This document shows, piece after piece, positions 13,636 to 26,985 of a DNA stretch of 64,000 bases (its first letter is position 1; the number at the start of each line of letters is the position of its first letter). The DNA comes from Macrostomum hystrix (Eukaryota; Animalia; Platyhelminthes), in NCBI GenBank assembly GCA_950097015.1, contig CATNEN010000003.1, forward strand, positions 5,332,001 through 5,396,000, in the 5' to 3' direction. Position numbers and translations under genes: made by a program. Under the pieces are notes generated by a model. That model searched no databases. It had not been told where the DNA came from and saw only the letters and a program-made list of their open reading frames with translations.

Positions 13636-16302
13636 ACGTGGCAGAACTTAAGTAATGTACATACACTGCGCAGAGTCAAGGCTGTGTCAAACGAATCGAC
13701 TTTCCATCACGGTTCAGGGACGTGATGCTTGATTTCTCCCCTGTTGAATTTTCCATCATTTTTCCTCGCATTGGCACGCATTGTTCCTTATCGGCACCTT
13801 GCTAGCTATTCGCTCGGTCCCTCAACGGCGCAACCGCGCAAACTTGGCCACACCGAATCCACGCCAAAAAAGTCCTAAGCTGCTATACTCTTTCCATAAT
13901 CTTTTCCCTCTTTTTCAAAAGCATTTCCCCATGTCAAAGCTCCCAATCCTAGTTACAATAAAATCCCCATCCCTCCGAGTCATCACGCGCGGGATGCCTT
14001 TGGCTCTCAAGATCGGCGGTCAGCATCGCATCAATGCTTCCGCCTGATCCTGCGGTAACTGAGTCCCAGTTGCAACTGATTTTGCTTTTGCTTTTGCTTA
14101 AAGAATCCGGTTTTCAGTTTCGGCGTATCGTTTTATAAATTCATTTTTCAGTTTTTAAGTTCAGAAAATTAAAGTTCCACATTATATTTTTAAGCCCTCA
14201 GCTCTAAATCCTCTAATGATGTTACTAGAATTAAAAAAGTGTGACGCATATCACGATTTTTCTAAGAATAGTACGAGCGAAATTAAATCACATTTTTAAA
14301 ACTGCGCACTTTAAACTAAAGTATTGTTTATTAACGGACCCTATGTTTTTGAAGATGTACATGTTTCATAGGTTATAGTCATAGAACCTGGTCTAGGTCA
14401 ATATTATGTACGAGATGTGAGAGTGATAACTTTAACGAATAAGGAATCGATATTCCGATCTTTTATAGGCCTATGCCCTATATGCTTTAACATTAAGTCC
14501 AGACTCCAAACGCCATATTACTGGCATGTCTGTGTAGGCCTAGGCCTATCACGTTGCATTAAGCCATGCCTGGCTGCCTGCCTTTACTATAGGCCTATGT
14601 TCAGTTCATGTTCAGGTTGGGCCATGGTGATGTTGATTTATGTTTGTAACTCAGCAATGAGTTAAATATTATGAAAGCAGTAATAATATTTGTACTTGCA
14701 ACTAGGCTAAAGCTAGATTAGGCTAATGTAAAGTAGTTATACATACTGGATAATAGCTATATATGACTTAGTTTTGATTTCCTGCTCTTAAACATTAAAA
14801 CACTTTTTAACACATGCTTAATTACTGATCAATTGGACCATAACAACCCAGAGGCCTTTAAGCCTAAGGAGCAAAGAAAGGTGTGTCAAGTCATGATGAT
14901 GAATCAAATATATATGAGGTACAGTGGATAATAAGTTACCTATGTGTAATCAAATAATGGTTGTTGCCAAACTGATGCTTGGGAAGACTTGGCACTACAT
15001 GAATTCCTAAAGTTACATCTCTAGTAGGTTGTTGCTGATTCTATGCATAGCAAAAAATTTAGACTTGCAGAGGGCTTGCATAGTTGATAGTCATTTTGTC
15101 TGCCCCCTTTACATCTGCCACCTTTTCATCTGCCAATATATGATATGGTCCATGCTAATATAAGCATTAGATGGAACAACTAGGGCCTAATAATGCCATT
15201 AAGTCCTATTGAAATGTTATGTAAACCTCTTATAAATTATAATTTGTTAGAATACTAGGATTTTTCTGAAAGTTTCAAAGGTTTGCCTAGGCTTACCTTT
15301 AAAATATTATTTGTGTGGGCCTCAATCTAGGTTGTTAGGGTCCCATTGATTGGTAATTAATGGTGTATTTAATGTGTTAAAATAATTTAGGACAGGAAAG
15401 CTAAATTAGGCCTATGCCACTTTTCTGCTATAAATAGCTATAGTTATGGTTCTTATAATTTGGCGTAAGAATATTTTTTATAAAAATAGTTAATCATACT
15501 TATAAGACATCAGACATAATGAATGTTTTTTAATCAGGTCTATTAAATTGAGTCAACAATCAATGAGGTTGGGCATACCTTAATGTAAAATAAAATGTAA
15601 AAAGTATTGCACGTTAATACACACAATTAATTGCTAATTCCGAATTCTGCAGCTACAGGATCTAGTTGACTAGACTGCATTTCGTTGGACATTATGTACC
15701 ATAGAAACCCTATGCAGATTTAAAAAAATACCTTGGCTTTTTGTGCTTGTAGAGCCATCAAAATATAATTTGAGTATTTTTCTCAACTAATTAGGAACTT
15801 AAAACTACAAACAAGTGTTTTTTTCTAGTGACTTATGGAAAAAGGTTCAAATTTCATTTTTTAAATATGACATTCAAAAGTTATATTTCAAAGCTTGAAG
15901 TATTTTAAATCATCAGTAATATGGAAAAAAACATCATTGTAGTAAATAGTATAACCAAATTTGAAACTAAAAGTCTAAACTGTCAAAAATAAATAAATCA
16001 AACAATTCTAAAATGTTTGCTAGAAATATTACTTGCACAAAATGGAACAGGACAGCCTCAAAACTATAATTATTTGACTGCTATTAATAAAGACACAGTT
16101 TTAACTTGCAACAATACCTAGGCCTAACATTCCCTATAGTATTAGAAAATTGTATGTGGTCAGTTAAGTTATTACTAAATTATTAATTAGCCATCCATAC
16201 TTTAAATGATTCCTAGAAATCTCATTAAGAGAAGTTTAAATGTTTAATACTAACAATGGTAGTATCAAGCAGTAATTTTCAAAACTTGCAGTTCAGTAAG
16301 AC

Positions 16303-17957
16303 ATGGCACTCAGGCAAGGTGGCAGTGAGAGCTCGGGCATTGCTATAGCTCGCTTAAGCGAAGAACGCAAAGCTTGGCGGCGCGATCATCCATTCGGTTT
16401 TGTAGCTAGGCCTGCTAATAACGCGGACGGCACTATGAACCTCATGATTTGGGACTGTAAAATTCCTGGCCGACGAGGCACCATCTGGGAGGGCGGCCTC
16501 TACAATCTGAAGATGTACTTTAAGGTGCGTTGTTATGCCAGCTATATGCTTTTTAAAGTTTGCTTCAATCACATCGAGGATTTCCCTATTATTTAGCTTC
16601 CCCACATCATCACTTTCTCCACATCTGTCAATTTCCCCACACCTGTCAATTTCCTCACACCTGTCAATTTCTCACAAACTGTCACTTTCCCAACACCTGT
16701 CAATTTCTCACAAACTGTCACTTTTCCAACACCTGTCAATTTCTCACAAACTGTCACTTTCCCCACACCTGTCAATTTCTCACAAACTGTCACTTTCCCC
16801 ACACCTGTCAATTTCTCACAAACTGTCACTTTCCCCACACATGACTTTCCCCACACCTCACTCTCCCCAAACCTCACTTTCCCCACACCTATGACTTTCC
16901 CCACACCTATGACTTTCCCCACACCTATGACTTTCCCCACACCTATGACTTTCCCCACACCTATGACTTTCCCCACACCTATGACTTTCCCCACACCTAT
17001 GACTTTCCCCACACCTATGACTCCCCACACCTGTCACTTTCCCCACACCTGTCACTTTCCCCACACCTATGACTTTCCCCACACCTATGACTTTCCCCAC
17101 ACCTCACTCTTCCCAAACCTCACTTTCCCCACGGCCACACCTGTCAGTTTACATTTAATATTATTTTCCACAAACTCCTCATTTCGCCCTAGTTCTGCAT
17201 TATGTATCCCACATTAAGGAACAGTACTAATTTGTTTTATTTTTTTCCACACCTGCTAGGAGGATTATCCCAGCTCGCCGCCGAAGTGCAAATTTGAGCC
17301 GCCTCTGTTTCACCCGAATGTCTATCCGTCTGGCACCGTCTGCCTGTCTTTGCTAGACGAAGAGAAGGACTGGCGAGCCTCCGTCACCATCAAGCAGATC
17401 CTGCTGGGCATTCAAGAGCTTCTCGATGCGCCTAACATCCGGGATCCTGCTCAGGCTGAGGCTTATACCTGCTTTATGTGAGCCCTGCCAACTTAATTCA
17501 ATCTTCATATTCCCTATTCCCTATTCCCCTATTCCCCATTCCCCTATTCAATCTTCCCATTTCCCTATTTAATGTCCCCATTGCCCTGTATTTAATCTCC
17601 CCATTGCCCTATATTTAATCTCCCCATTGCCCTATGTTTTATCTCCCCATTCCCATATTCAGTTTCCCCATTCCCTTTCCCTTTTCTCCCTTAATCTCCC
17701 CCATTCTCCTGTTCGATGTTCCCATTCGATTTTGAACCTGGCGGTCTAGGAAATGCTAAAAATGCATTTTGTCACATTTACTTGCTAGAATTTCTACTAT
17801 AAGTAGCTAGTATCTTATTATTAAATATTATAGATTATATATTATAAAAAATATTAAATGATAATTACAAAACCTTATTTTTTGCAGGCAAAACCGGCGA
17901 GAATACGACGAGAAGGTGCGACAGCAAGCCGGCCGATTTAGGAATCCAAATCTCTGA
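16303..17957 (+). CDS. UBE2I: SUMO-conjugating enzyme UBC9 (169 aa)
   Basis: Exons 16303-16524, 17260-17477, 17888-17957, GT-AG and phase-consistent. Contains [63 protein letters not shown] (catalytic Cys) and DPAQAEAY. Confidence 0.97.
16610..17140. repeat. 18/36-bp minisatellite in UBC9 intron 1 (CCCCACACCT[AG]TGACTTT and a dimeric variant)
   Basis: Tandem periodicity; fills most of the intron. Confidence 0.92.
17505..17725. repeat. C/T-rich degenerate short repeat in UBC9 intron 2 (TTCCCTA / TAATCTCCCCATTGCCC)
   Basis: Visible short tandem units. Confidence 0.75.
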
Positions 17958-18204
17958 AGGCAGCACTCACCGACCGAAGCGAATTTTCGATTTGCGAGTA
18001 CCGCCAGCAACCTGGCTGCTATTAAATATGTTGTGCGATGTTTTTCTATAACATGCTTTATTTGCCACTCGATGCATTCTTAACTGTCCGCCAGTGTAAT
18101 CACGCCGCGTGCTATCATATTTTCCGGTTGGATTTTTTGGTATTTAAATTTAACTTTTGTGTTACCAATATTTATCATTCAAAAAATACATTTTCTCTTT
18201 TTAC

Positions 18205-20140
18205 CTTACCCCATCTCCCATCCCATCTTCCATCTCCCCTTCTCCCATCTCATCTCCCATTCTCCCATCTCATCTTCTCTTCTCCCATCCCTTCTCCCAT
18301 CTCATCTCCCATTCTCCCATCTCATCTTCTTTTCTCCCATTCTCCCATCTCATCTTCCCTTCTCCCAACCCATCTCCCATTCTCCCATCCCATCTCCAAT
18401 TTCTAATTATCAAATCCCATTTCCCATTCTCTCTTCCCATCTCCAATTTCTAATTATCAAATCCCATTTCACATTCTCCCATCCCATCTCCCATTTTCCC
18501 ATCCCATCTCCCATCTCCCATTTTCCCATCCCATCTCCCATCTCCCATCCCATCTCCCATTCTCACATCCCATCTCCCATTCTCTCATCCCATTCTCACA
18601 TCCCATCTCCCATTTTCCCATCCCATCTCCCATCTCCCATCCCATCTCCCATTTTCCCATCCCATCTCCCATCTCCCATCCCATCTCCCATTCTCACATC
18701 CCATCTCCCATTCTCTCATCCCATCTCCAATTTCTAATTATCAAATCCCATCTCCCATTCTCCCATCCCATCTCCAATTTCTAATTATCAAATCCCATCT
18801 CCCATTCTCTCATCCCATTCTCCCATCTCATCTCCCATTTTCCATCCTATCTCCCATCTCCCATCCCATCTCCCATTTTCCCATCCCATCTCCCATCTCC
18901 CATCCCATCTCCCATTCTCACACCCCATCTCCCATTCTCCCATCCCATCTCCAATTTCAAATTATCAAATCCCATCTCCCATTCTCTCATCCCATTCTCC
19001 CATCTCATCTCCCATTTTCCATCCTATCTCCCATCTCCCATACCATCTCCCATTTTCCCATCCCATCTCCCATCTCCCATCCCATCTCCCATTCTCACAC
19101 CCCATCTCCCATTCTCCCATCCCATCTCCCATCTCCCATCCTATCTCCCATTCTCACACCCCATCTCCCATTCTCACATCCCATCTCCAATTTCAAATTA
19201 TCAAATCCCATCTCCCATTCTCTCATCCCATTCTCCCATCTCATCTCCCATTTTCCATCCTATCTCCCATCTCCCATCCCATCTCCCATTTTCCCATCCC
19301 ATCTCCCATCTCCCATCCCATCTCCCATCTCCCATCCCATCTCCCATTCTCACATCCCATCTCCCATTCTCTCATCCCATCTCCAATTTCTAATTATCAA
19401 ATCCCATCTCCCATTCTCCCATCCCATCTCCAATTTCTAATTATCAAATCCCATCTCCCATTCTCTCATCCCATTCTCCCATCTCATCTCCCATTTTCCA
19501 TCCTATCTCCCATCTCCCATCCCATCTCCCATTTTCCCATCCCATCTCCCATCTCCCATCCCATCTCCCATTCTCACACCCCATCTCCCATTCTCCCATC
19601 CCATCTCCAATTTCAAATTATCAAATCCCATCTCCCATTCTCTCATCCCATTCTCCCATCTCATCTCCCATTTTCCATCCTATCTCCCATCTCCCATACC
19701 ATCTCCCATTTTCCCATCCCATCTCCCATCTCCCATCCCATCTCCCATTCTCACACCCCATCTCCCATTCTCCCATCCCATCTCCCATCTCCCATCCTAT
19801 CTCCCATTCTCACACCCCATCTCCCATTCTCACATCCCATCTCCAATTTCAAATTATCAAATCCCATCTCCCATTCTCTCATCCCATTCTCCCATCTCAT
19901 CTCCCATTTTCCATCCTATCTCCCATCTCCCATCCCATCTCCCATTTTCCCATCCCATCTCCCATCTCCCATCCCATCTCCCATTCTCCCATCCCATCTC
20001 CCATCCTAGTTCCCATTTTTAAATTTCCCATTAATCCCATTAATCCCATTTTCCATTCTCACATCCTAATCTCCCATCTCCATCTCCACTTCTCCTTCTT
20101 ATATCCCCATGCCTAGTTCACCATCCCCTCCTTCCTAATC
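18205..20140. repeat. (CCCAT/CTCCCAT)n low-complexity array with ~656-bp higher-order duplication
   Basis: Diagnostic variants recur at +656 (CATACC near 19040 and 19696; CTCCAATTTCTAATTATC blocks). Confidence 0.92.
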
Positions 20141-20407
20141 TCCCAAAACAAGCAAATATTAGTTTGTCTATTGTCCATATCTAAATTTATTAAACTCGGC
20201 CCAAATGATTTGTAATTCAAGTAACTCGTCTGCTTACATATAGTTGTAAAAATCTGTTATAAAATGCCGATACAATTAAAACTGTGAATGCTATTTTCTA
20301 TTGTAAAATAGAAATTATTCACTTGTTGTTAGTCGTTTTATAGTTCTTTTGGTCTTCAATTTTGCATATGTAACAATTTACTTCCTAGATATAAGTTTTA
20401 GGCGTTA

Positions 20408-20950
20408 GAATTCCTTCAGATCCTCAGATAATGATCCTCAATTCCCCTCAGATCCTCAGATAATGATCCCCAACTCCCTTCAGATCCTCAGATAATGATC
20501 CTCAATTCCCTTCAGATCCTCAGATAATGATCCTCAATTCCCTTCAGATCCTCAGATAATGATCCTCAACTCCCTTCAGATCCTCAGATAATGATCCTCA
20601 ACTCCCTTCAGATCCTCAGATAATGATCCTCAACTCCCTTTCTGATCCTCAGATAATGATCCTCAACTCCCTTCAGATCCTCAGATAATGATCCCCAACT
20701 CCCCTCAGATAGTGATCCTCAATTCCCTTCTGATCCCCAGATAATGATCCTCAACTTCCCTTCTGATCCTCAGATAATGGTCTTCAAATACCTTCAAATC
20801 CTCAAATAATGATCCTCAATTCCCCTTCAGATCCTCAATTCCCTTCAGATCCTCAATTCCCTTCAGATCCTCAATTCCCGATCAGATCCTCAATTCCTTT
20901 CAGATCCTCAACTCCCCTTTAGATCCTCGATTCTTCTTTTTGATCCCAAA
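20408..20950. repeat. 32-bp minisatellite CTTCAGATCCTCAGATAATGATCCTCAACTCC, shortening to ~18-bp units
   Basis: 32-nt period (20542, 20574). Confidence 0.92.
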
Positions 20951-21033
20951 TCATAGTTCATAATCAAATTAACAAATCGATCAGCGTCATTAAGTCCTCA
21001 GTATTTTATTCTTAAACGCATTTCAGTTCACAC

Positions 21034-22348
21034 ATGACTGCCGTCATTACTTGGCGGTTGTGCATTCTTTGCCGACACACTCTGACGCAGAGGTGTCTAT
21101 TTGCGAATAGGTAGGCCACTTACCTAGAACGCAACTTTTACATGGAATCGTAAATCGTTTTGGAACCAAATTATTTCACTCTTAAGTTTCCCAAAGTCAC
21201 TTTAATACCAGCCTTCCCCAATGTCACTCTAATACCAGCCAGCCCCAATGTCACTCTAATACCAGCCTGTCCCAATGTCACTCTAATACCAACCTGTCCC
21301 AATGTCACTCTAATACCAGCCTGTCCCAATGCCACTCTAATCCCAGCAAGTCCCAATGTCACTCTAATACCAGCCTATCCCAATGTCACTCTAATACCAA
21401 CCTGTCCCAATGTCACTCTAATACCAACCTGTCCCAATGTCACTCTAATACCAGCCTCTCCCAATGTCACTCTAATACCAACCTGTCCCAATGTCACTCT
21501 AATACCAGCCTGTCCCAATGTCACTCTAATATCAGCCTGTCCCAATGTCACTCTAATACCAACCTGTCCCAATGTCACTCTAATACCAACCTGTCCCAAT
21601 GTCATTCTAATACCAGCCTGTCCCAATGTCACTCTAATACCAGCCTGTCCCAATGTCACTCTAATACCAGCCTATCCCAATGTCACTCTAATACCAGCCT
21701 GTCCCAATGTCACTCTAATACCAGCCTGTCCCAATGTCACTCTAATCCCAGTCTCCATCCGAAATTCCAAACAGGTCACCCCACACTGCATCTGCTATTG
21801 TTCGTCTGCTAAGCAGCGACAATGCCAACAAAACTCTGCAAACTAGTCGATCATCTTCTAGAGGCCTTGCCGAACCCTTGGACTCAGGCGCCACTTCCAA
21901 TCACATCCTAGACGACTCAAAATATCGTCGCAGCGCCGATCCAAACAATGAGCTCAAAGAGTACATCGAGTACTCGAAGATCAATAGTTGGCACGCGGCT
22001 GTTGGCAGGCGAATTCCAGGAAAGCAACGCTGGAAATACGAGCGCCTGGTGGTTGGCGTGTGCTGCGTAGTTATGCTCTGCTACATCTTCGTCCGGCCAG
22101 AGAACTCGGTCGACGAACAGTTCGGCATGGACGAATTCGGCAAAGGTCTATTTAGACCTAACCCTGCCATGGAGCATCACATTGCCGCCACCATTCAGAC
22201 TGTGGAGTCTCGTGGCGGGGACGCTTCGCTCTATAGGAATCAGTTGAAGATTCTATTGAAAGAGAAGGAATTGCAGTTGGAACGAGAGCGACAGGCTGCA
22301 AAGGGAGATGTTAAATATGATCCCAAACTGCACGATGTCAAGTACTGA
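21034..22348 (+). CDS. UQCC4: UQCC4/CCSMST1 (C16orf91)-like mitochondrial complex III assembly factor, 216 aa
   Basis: Exons 21034-21110 (AATAG|gtaggc) and 21775-22348 (aaacag|G), phase 2. Arg-rich presequence-like N-terminus. Segment IEYSKINSWHA...RWKYERLVVGVCCVVMLCYIFVRPENSVDE...GLFRPNPAME matches the family pattern (W, single TM, LREEND-like motif), recognised from memory and not searched. Confidence 0.7.
21190..21750. repeat. 27-bp intronic minisatellite CCCAATGTCACTCTAATACCAGCCTGT
   Basis: About 20 units filling the UQCC4-like intron. Confidence 0.95.
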
Positions 22349-22455
22349 TTTGTTTTAAAATGGGATTTCTTTGCTTTTCTGCTTGCACAGTTTCTGTAGA
22401 TTGTCCCCATTAAAGGCCTTTCTAAATATTCTCATAGTTTTACTTTTCATTTTCT

Positions 22456-23165
22456 ATGATCCTAATTATTCCCCTTTAATCTCCCATGATTATAATAATT
22501 CCCCTTTAATCTCCCATGATCCTAATTATTCCCCTTTAATCTCCCATGATCCTAATAATTCCCCTTTAATCTCCCATGATCCTAATAATTCCCCTTTAAT
22601 CTCCCATGATCTTAATAATTCCCCTTTAATCTCCCATGATCCTAATTATTCCCCTTTAATCTCCCATGATCCTAATAATTATTCCCCTTTAATCTCCCAT
22701 GATACTAATTATCCCCCTTTAATCTCCCATGATACTAATTATCCCCCTTTAATCTCCCATGATCCTAATTATTCCCCTTTAATCTCCCATGATCCTAATT
22801 ATTCCCCAATTTCTCCCATGATCCTAATTATTCCCCTTTAATCTCCCATGATCCTAATTATTCCCCTTTAATCTCCCATGATCCTAATTATTCCCCTTTA
22901 ATCTCCCATGATCCTAATTATTCCCCTTTAATCTCCCATGATCCTAATTATTCCCCTTTAATCTCCCATGATCCTAATTATTCCCCTTTAATCTCCCATG
23001 ATCCTAATTATTCCCCTTTAATCTCCCATGATCCTAGTTAATTCCCCTTTAATCTCCCATGATCCTAATTATTCCCCTTTAATCTCCCATGATCCTAATT
23101 ATTCCCCTTTACTCGCCCATGATCCTAATTATTCAATTTTATTCTCCCATGATCCTTATTTATTC
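22456..23165. repeat. 30-bp minisatellite ATGATCCTAATTATTCCCCTTTAATCTCCC
   Basis: 30-nt period. Confidence 0.95.
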
Positions 23166-23714
23166 CTAATTTCCTTTATAATATAAACTTAATTATTCCT
23201 ATAATACTCAAATTTTACGTGTATTTTAGTATTCCCTGACAAATTTATTTCATATCCCAACGATCCTCATTTTATAATGAGAAAGCAGATCCGATTCCCA
23301 TAAATACAGTTCTTGAACTACTTTTTATTATAAATGAAATGTTTTGGGTGAGAATTAAAAAGAATGTGTTATATTTGCTTCAGTAAAAAATATTTGGCGA
23401 CTGAGTACAATATTTTTCGCATTGTTAGATTGTTGTAGTAAATCAATTGGTCGCTTTTTTCCTACAAAATTGTTTACGTATGAAATACAATTCTAAAGTG
23501 AGTTTTGTTTAAGTAACTACACATTTACTCGTATTGACTACATATTTTCAAATTGCCAAGCATTGTTATATGTTTACGACCTACGAGTATAGACAATTGG
23601 CAATTAAATATTTAATTAAGAAAAGATAATCGACATAACATTAATGACTTCGTTCTATCAACTGGCGTCAATAAAAAACTAGCTTAATTTTGTGCAGGTT
23701 TATATGGCTATGCA

Positions 23715-24325
23715 TCTAACAGGCGGTGCACCTTTATCTATAACAGGTGGTGCACCTTCATCTATAACAGGTGGTGCACCTTTATCTATAATAGGTGGTG
23801 CACCTTCATCTATAACAGGTGATGCACCTTTATCTATAACAGGTGATGCACCTTTATCTATAACAGGTGGTGCACCTTTATCTATAACAGGCGGTGCACC
23901 TTTATCTATAACAGGCGGTGCACCTTTATCTATAACAGGTGGTGCACCTTTATCTATAACAGGTGGTGCACCTTTATCTATAACAGGTGGTGCACCTTTA
24001 TCTATAACAGGTGGTGCACCTTCATCTATAACAGGTGGTGCACCTTTATCTATAACAGGCGGTGCACCTTTATCTATAACAGGCGGTGCACCTTTATCTA
24101 TAACAGGTGGTGCACCTTTATCTATAACAGGTGGTGCACCTTTATCTATAACAGGTGATGCACCTTTATCTATAACAGGTGGTGCACCTTTATCTATAAC
24201 AGGTGATGCACCTTTATCTATAACAGGTGGTGCACCTTTATCTATAACAGGTGGTGCACCTTTATCTATAACAGCTGGTGCACCTTCATCCATAACAGGT
24301 AGTGCATCTTCATCTATAACAGGTG
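23715..24325. repeat. 24-bp minisatellite TATCTATAACAGGTGGTGCACCTT
   Basis: About 25 units, each with an AGGTG-GTG-CACCT quasi-palindrome. Confidence 0.95.
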
Positions 24326-24429
24326 AATATATCGGAATCTTCTGCACTCGCCGCTGCAGAAATAATTATTTATGACGCCATCAGTTTTTCCCCGTGTCGA
24401 AGCCGAAGTTGTTATCAAACTTTGCACCT

Positions 24430-26094
24430 TCAAACCGAGTGTTCTCCCTGGCCCGGCAGTCGGCCTATCAGCAAATCCTCGTTGGCTTCGGCGACCGTCT
24501 CGGTCGGAGCTCTTGTGCCCTTCAGCTTGCCGCTGTACACCAAGAACCCGACGCACGCACCGGCGTAGATTGCCGCCGAGACGGCCAGCAGCACGAGGCC
24601 GGGCCCGCAGTGCCAGTCCTGTAGGCCGACTATCTGGACTGTCGACGAAGCCAAGGTCGCTGGACTGCCAGTGAATTTCTTGGCCGAATGACCGGCTCTC
24701 AGGCTTCGAGTGTAGATGTCAATGCAGAGAATCAGGCAGATGGCTGGTTAAGAAATAAAATAACGAGTTTTCTTAGTTTTTTTTAGGTAAAAAATCTGGA
24801 GTTGTAGACTAGTGGTTAGAGCGTCGGACGCCCGACTTGAAGGTCGGGGGTTCGATTCCTGACTCCACCACTGGAACAATTTTTGTCCTTTAGCAAGACA
24901 CTCAACTTTTAATTGATTGAGTTCACCAGGTGTTAAATGGGTTCCAGCATTAGCTGTGTAATTGAGGGTGGGTGTGGCATCCCCCCAGTCCATGGACTGA
25001 AAAACAGTACGCTGCCTTCAGATGCGCCGCGCAATAGCTGCGGCTGTTCTGTCGGCTGCACATTTGACACAATCGGGCAAGGTGTAATTAATTATATTTA
25101 TTTTTATTATCTAGGAAAGTTGACTTATTTCCGATATGTATCGAAAAATGCGAATCAGATCAACACTGACTTGTCAGCCCGTGGAGTGCAGCGGCGGCTC
25201 TCTTGAAGGTGTAGCGCGGATTGACCAGCGAATAGAAGGCGAACAGGTGCGAAAGCAGCATCAGCAGGCAGCTGATGGATAGGAAGGACACGCAAGTCTG
25301 CAGCAAAGCTGGCGGAATTGCAATCGTTGAACGGGTTTAACTGTGCGTTTTCAAAGAACAATTTTCTTGAACCATGAATTATTATCTACCAATTATCTCC
25401 AGGGGTTAGCAAAATAGGCGATCCGCCGGTCGGATGCACCCTGCAGCTAAGTCAAGGGTAATTATCTACCCATCTATAATTTTTATCTACCCACCAATTA
25501 GATTATTATGTACTCGTACCTAGAATAATTCTCAAACCAAATATACCCAACTACGATAATATACTATAAAACCACTAAAGCCTTTGATAGTTAACACTTA
25601 GCTGTATACCCCATACAGCTTTGACAAATAGGTTTTTAAATCATTCGCTACAATAGACTCACAAACAATGGCCTTATCAGCTGGTGTTGTCAGCCCGTCT
25701 TCAAACAGAAAAGCTACAGTTTCTAGTCGATCTGTGCTCGGATCTGAGAAAGTATGGCATTATTAGGCTAAACTGATTTCAATGCGTAATCATTATTTAA
25801 GCCTAAATTCTCACCCACACAATCCACTCGCCAGAGTCCCTGATAGCAGTTCAGCACCATAGCTGTCCTGCTAGTCGTTGTCCTGGCATCATTGATTGCA
25901 GCCGCAGTCGGCTTGGCTCTCAGCTGCAGGCTCAGCCCAGCCCATCGGTTGCTGAAGGCGGCACCCGCTGTGCAAATTGTGGCCAACACCGTGGCTAGAG
26001 CGGCAACTGTGAGGGGTCGATTTCGTCGACGAATCGCCGAACTGAGCAGGCGACGCCAGAATGACCCTGGCTGCTGCTGTTGCTCCTGTTGCAT
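24430..26094 (-). CDS. claudin/PMP22-superfamily four-TM protein (invertebrate claudin-like), 270 aa
   Basis: Exons 26094-25815, 25743-25663, 25308-25171, 24743-24430, all phase-1 GT-AG junctions. TM1-W...GLWxxxC motif, then SFLSISCLLMLLSHLFAFYSLVNPRYTFKRAAAALHGLT, TM4 and a GKLKGTRAP...ANEDLLIGR tail typical of invertebrate claudin-like proteins. Confidence 0.85.
24798..25000 (+). mobile_element. tRNA-derived SINE with CORE-like central domain (family 2), antisense in claudin intron 3
   Basis: A-box-like TAGACTAGTGG, B box GGTTCGATTCC, then TGTCCTTTAGCAAGACACTCAACT...CACCAGGTGTTAAATGGGT resembling the CORE-SINE consensus. Confidence 0.7.
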
Positions 26095-26604
26095 TGTACT
26101 GATATTTTATTAGACGAATATCTTGCTTTCTCTAGCTACAATCCTAATAGAAAAGGTATGATTCTCTTGCGTGAGCAGAGAGCTATAGATGCCTGGCTGA
26201 TGGCCCAGTTACATATTTTTATACAGTTTTTGGCAAGTTGCTTTGCAGTCCAATCAAATCTTCCCGGCCAATCAGATCGCGTGGATTCTAAGAAAGACAT
26301 CAAGCTAGGTATGCTGCAGCTACTTCACCAAAAATAGGAAGTAGAAAAAACGAATATCAAAATCTGTATTAGTTTCAAGTCTTTTGAGACACCTGAGTCG
26401 CACTGGATTGAGTCAAAGTAGAGAAATATATCGCTATATTTCTTCACCTAAATGAAGATCACTGAACCTGATTTGTAGCAAAATTATTTTCGTGCTTAAA
26501 GACGATATTTTTCATTAACTAGATTAGCTTGATTACATCTCAAACTCCTAAATTGAGAACCAAAAATATACTACACCGGCATAAAAAAGTAAAATGCGCG
26601 ATTG

Positions 26605-26985
26605 AGAAGACGGTGACAGATGAGATGGAAGAGAAAAGACAGAGGGGGTGAGTCACGAGAGAGAGATATTACAGGGGAGTGATGAGGCAATGATATTACA
26701 GACTGCAGAGAGAGATTAGAGAGAGGAGATGAGACGGAGAGATGAGACAAGCGGAGAGATAAGACTGGAGAGAGATGAGACAAGCGTTAGTTTGAAGACT
26801 GGAGAGAGATGAGACAGGCTAGGAGAGATGAGACTAGAGAAGATAATACTCCAGAGATGAGAAAAGGGGAAAGATAAAACGGGAGTCATGAGATGATAGT
26901 GAGTACAGATGATAGTGAGAAATGAGACGCAGGCTAGTCGAAACAGGAGATAAGACGCGATATGAGACAGCAGCTGAAGAGACGA
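26605..26985. repeat. GA-rich low-complexity tract
   Basis: GAGAGATGAGAC-type degenerate units. Confidence 0.7.

Noticed and set aside
24798-24872. tRNA genes here and at 57354-57430
   Set aside because: A and B boxes are present but the cloverleaf stems are broken and the sequence continues into SINE bodies.
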